Shown: positions 51,591-52,885 of the stretch, piece by piece
Numbering within the stretch: the first letter of the stretch is position 1
Layout of the letters: every line of letters begins with the position of its first letter
Origin: Thermoflexales bacterium
GTDB lineage: Bacteria; Chloroflexota; Anaerolineae; B4-G1; SLSP01
Direction of reading: 5' to 3'
DNA length: 52,885 nucleotides
NCBI GenBank assembly: GCA_007125545.1
Contig: SLDA01000197.1
Location: 1 to 52,885, forward strand
The notes under the pieces: model-generated
Told to the model about the DNA's origin: nothing
The model's database searches: none
What the model saw: only the letters and a program-made list of their open reading frames with translations
Translations under genes and position numbers: made by a program

Positions 51591-52885
51591 ATGGTTGATG
51601 CCAGGGCAGAGCAACTGCCCCCGGTGCGTTCATCGGATATCCTGTTGGAGGGCGGCTGGCTGCTAATCGCCGTGCTTATTCCCCTCTGGGTAAACTTGTG
51701 GGCCGATCAGCCCTTCGAGCTCTCCAAGGTCCTGCTCTTTCGCTCCCTGGTTTGGTTGCTTGCCGCTGCCTGGCTTATAGACCTGTTCCGCAACGGACGC
51801 CTTGGATTCTCTTCGCTTGAGCGGAACCCGTTGCTTGTGCCGGTCGGGATCCTCGCAGCTGTGGTAGTGCTTTCTACCGTCTTTGCCTTTGACCCTGCGC
51901 TGAGTCTGGACGGCAGTTACGTGCGCGGGCAGGGCTTACTCACCTATCTTAGCTATCTGCTCCTCTTTCTGATCGTGACGTATCGGTTGCGCACGCCACT
52001 GCAAGGTCTGCGCCTTGTTGCCGCCATTGTCCTCACAGCTGTTCCCATGGTTCTGCTGAGCCTATTGCAGGCGATAGGACAGGATCCCCTTGGAATGGTC
52101 AGTGATGCGCGCTCGCCCATCTACGGGACGTTGGGTCGGGCGAACTTCGTCGGCGCCTATCTGGCGCAGGTGTTGCCCCTAACGCTAGGCCTGGCATGGC
52201 TCGTGCCGCAGTACCGGCATCGCCGGCTCCTGCTCCTATTGGCAGGAGCGCAGGTGGCCGTGATCGCGTGGACACTCACGCGTGGCGCTTGGCTCGCGGC
52301 AGCTATGGCTCTGACACTCTTCAGCCTGCTTTTGGTCTGGCCGCGTCTACCGCTCCGGCTCCGCCCTGCAGTGGTTGCCACAACTGCCGCGATCGGGGTC
52401 GCGGGCCTTGTCGTGGGCGGCTACATCTTGCTTGGGGCCGAGACCGGCTCCATACTTGCCCGCCGTACGATCTGGATCTCGGTGTGGGGCCTTGTGCGGC
52501 AGCGGCCTCTGCTGGGGTATGGCCTCGACGCCGTGGAACTCGTATTTCCGCGCGTATATCCTCCCCAACTTGTCTACTATCAGGGCCGTCAGGTCTTCGT
52601 GGATCGCGCCCACAATGTGGTGCTGGATTGGATAGTGACAACGGGCGTCGTTGGTGCGCTGAGCTTTTTGCTCGTTGTTACACGATTTTTCATCCTGGGC
52701 TGGCAACGCGTAATAAGTGCCGGCGGGAGGCAGCGCATCCTGGTCATCGCCGCTCTGGCGTCGGTTGCCGGCAATCTCGCCGGCAACCTATCCGGCTTCG
52801 ATGTGACGGCCACCGCCGCGCTCACCTGGCTCCTTATGGCATTGGTTGCGTCGCCCGCTATGGCATCGCGTGCGACACCAGAGGA
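51591..52885 (+). CDS. O-antigen ligase/polymerase-like (Wzy_C-type) polytopic membrane protein, 3' end outside the window; absent from the supplied ORF track
   Basis: My hand translation from the ATG at 51591 gives 431 codons with no stop up to the window end. It shows multiple hydrophobic helices, WTLTRGAWLAAAMAL, and LLGYGLDAVELVF...VDRAHNVVLDWIVTTGVVGALSFL, typical of the O-antigen ligase family. Confidence 0.75.
   Translation, partial: MVDARAEQLPPVRSSDILLEGGWLLIAVLIPLWVNLWADQPFELSKVLLFRSLVWLLAAAWLIDLFRNGRLGFSSLERNPLLVPVGILAAVVVLSTVFAFDPALSLDGSYVRGQGLLTYLSYLLLFLIVTYRLRTPLQGLRLVAAIVLTAVPMVLLSLLQAIGQDPLGMVSDARSPIYGTLGRANFVGAYLAQVLPLTLGLAWLVPQYRHRRLLLLLAGAQVAVIAWTLTRGAWLAAAMALTLFSLLLVWPRLPLRLRPAVVATTAAIGVAGLVVGGYILLGAETGSILARRTIWISVWGLVRQRPLLGYGLDAVELVFPRVYPPQLVYYQGRQVFVDRAHNVVLDWIVTTGVVGALSFLLVVTRFFILGWQRVISAGGRQRILVIAALASVAGNLAGNLSGFDVTATAALTWLLMALVASPAMASRATPE

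Noticed and set aside
52157-52825. Four minus-strand ORFs (66-119 aa) at the right end of the window.
   Set aside because: They are antisense to a 431-codon open frame with O-antigen-ligase-type motifs and are Arg/Pro/Ala-rich.

Overview
This is 52.9 kb of gene-dense, high-GC bacterial chromosome, roughly 60-63% GC by hand counts of sample lines. The gene content suggests a Chloroflexota/Thermomicrobia-like organism, but that is inference only. The clues are F420 genes cofD/cofC, several Ser/Thr kinase/phosphatase-type signalling proteins, an EAD-like/CHAT protein, extended -10 TGnTAnnAT promoters, and an S6-SSB-S18 operon next to rnpB. I can support about 38 protein genes, one RNase P RNA, one coding tandem repeat, several GC-rich hairpins and a handful of sigma70-like promoters. 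One of the protein genes is a 431-codon ORF missing from the supplied track because it runs off the 3' end. I recognised no rRNA, tRNA, CRISPR array, transposase, integrase or phage gene, so this looks like core chromosome with a few accessory-looking genes. All family calls come from motif recognition by eye; nothing was searched against databases. The best candidates for something new are listed here. (1) A 1096-aa cytoplasmic protein at 21719-25009 fuses an effector-associated (Death-like) adaptor module, a PQQ-type beta-propeller, an Ig-like domain and an intact CHAT caspase-like protease. It sits between a divergently transcribed, low-GC HD-domain gene and a 1205-aa membrane-anchored multi-domain glycosidase-like protein. 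(2) An ECF transporter has its substrate-capture (S) component in a tight operon with the F420 genes cofD and cofC, which suggests deazaflavin (Fo) salvage. (3) There are several apparent pseudoenzymes: a GH35-like protein lacking the catalytic motifs and translationally coupled to psuG, a pseudokinase-Zn-ribbon-PP2C fusion, and a degenerate second cyclophilin domain. (4) A CysE carries a 7-Cys N-terminal cluster.
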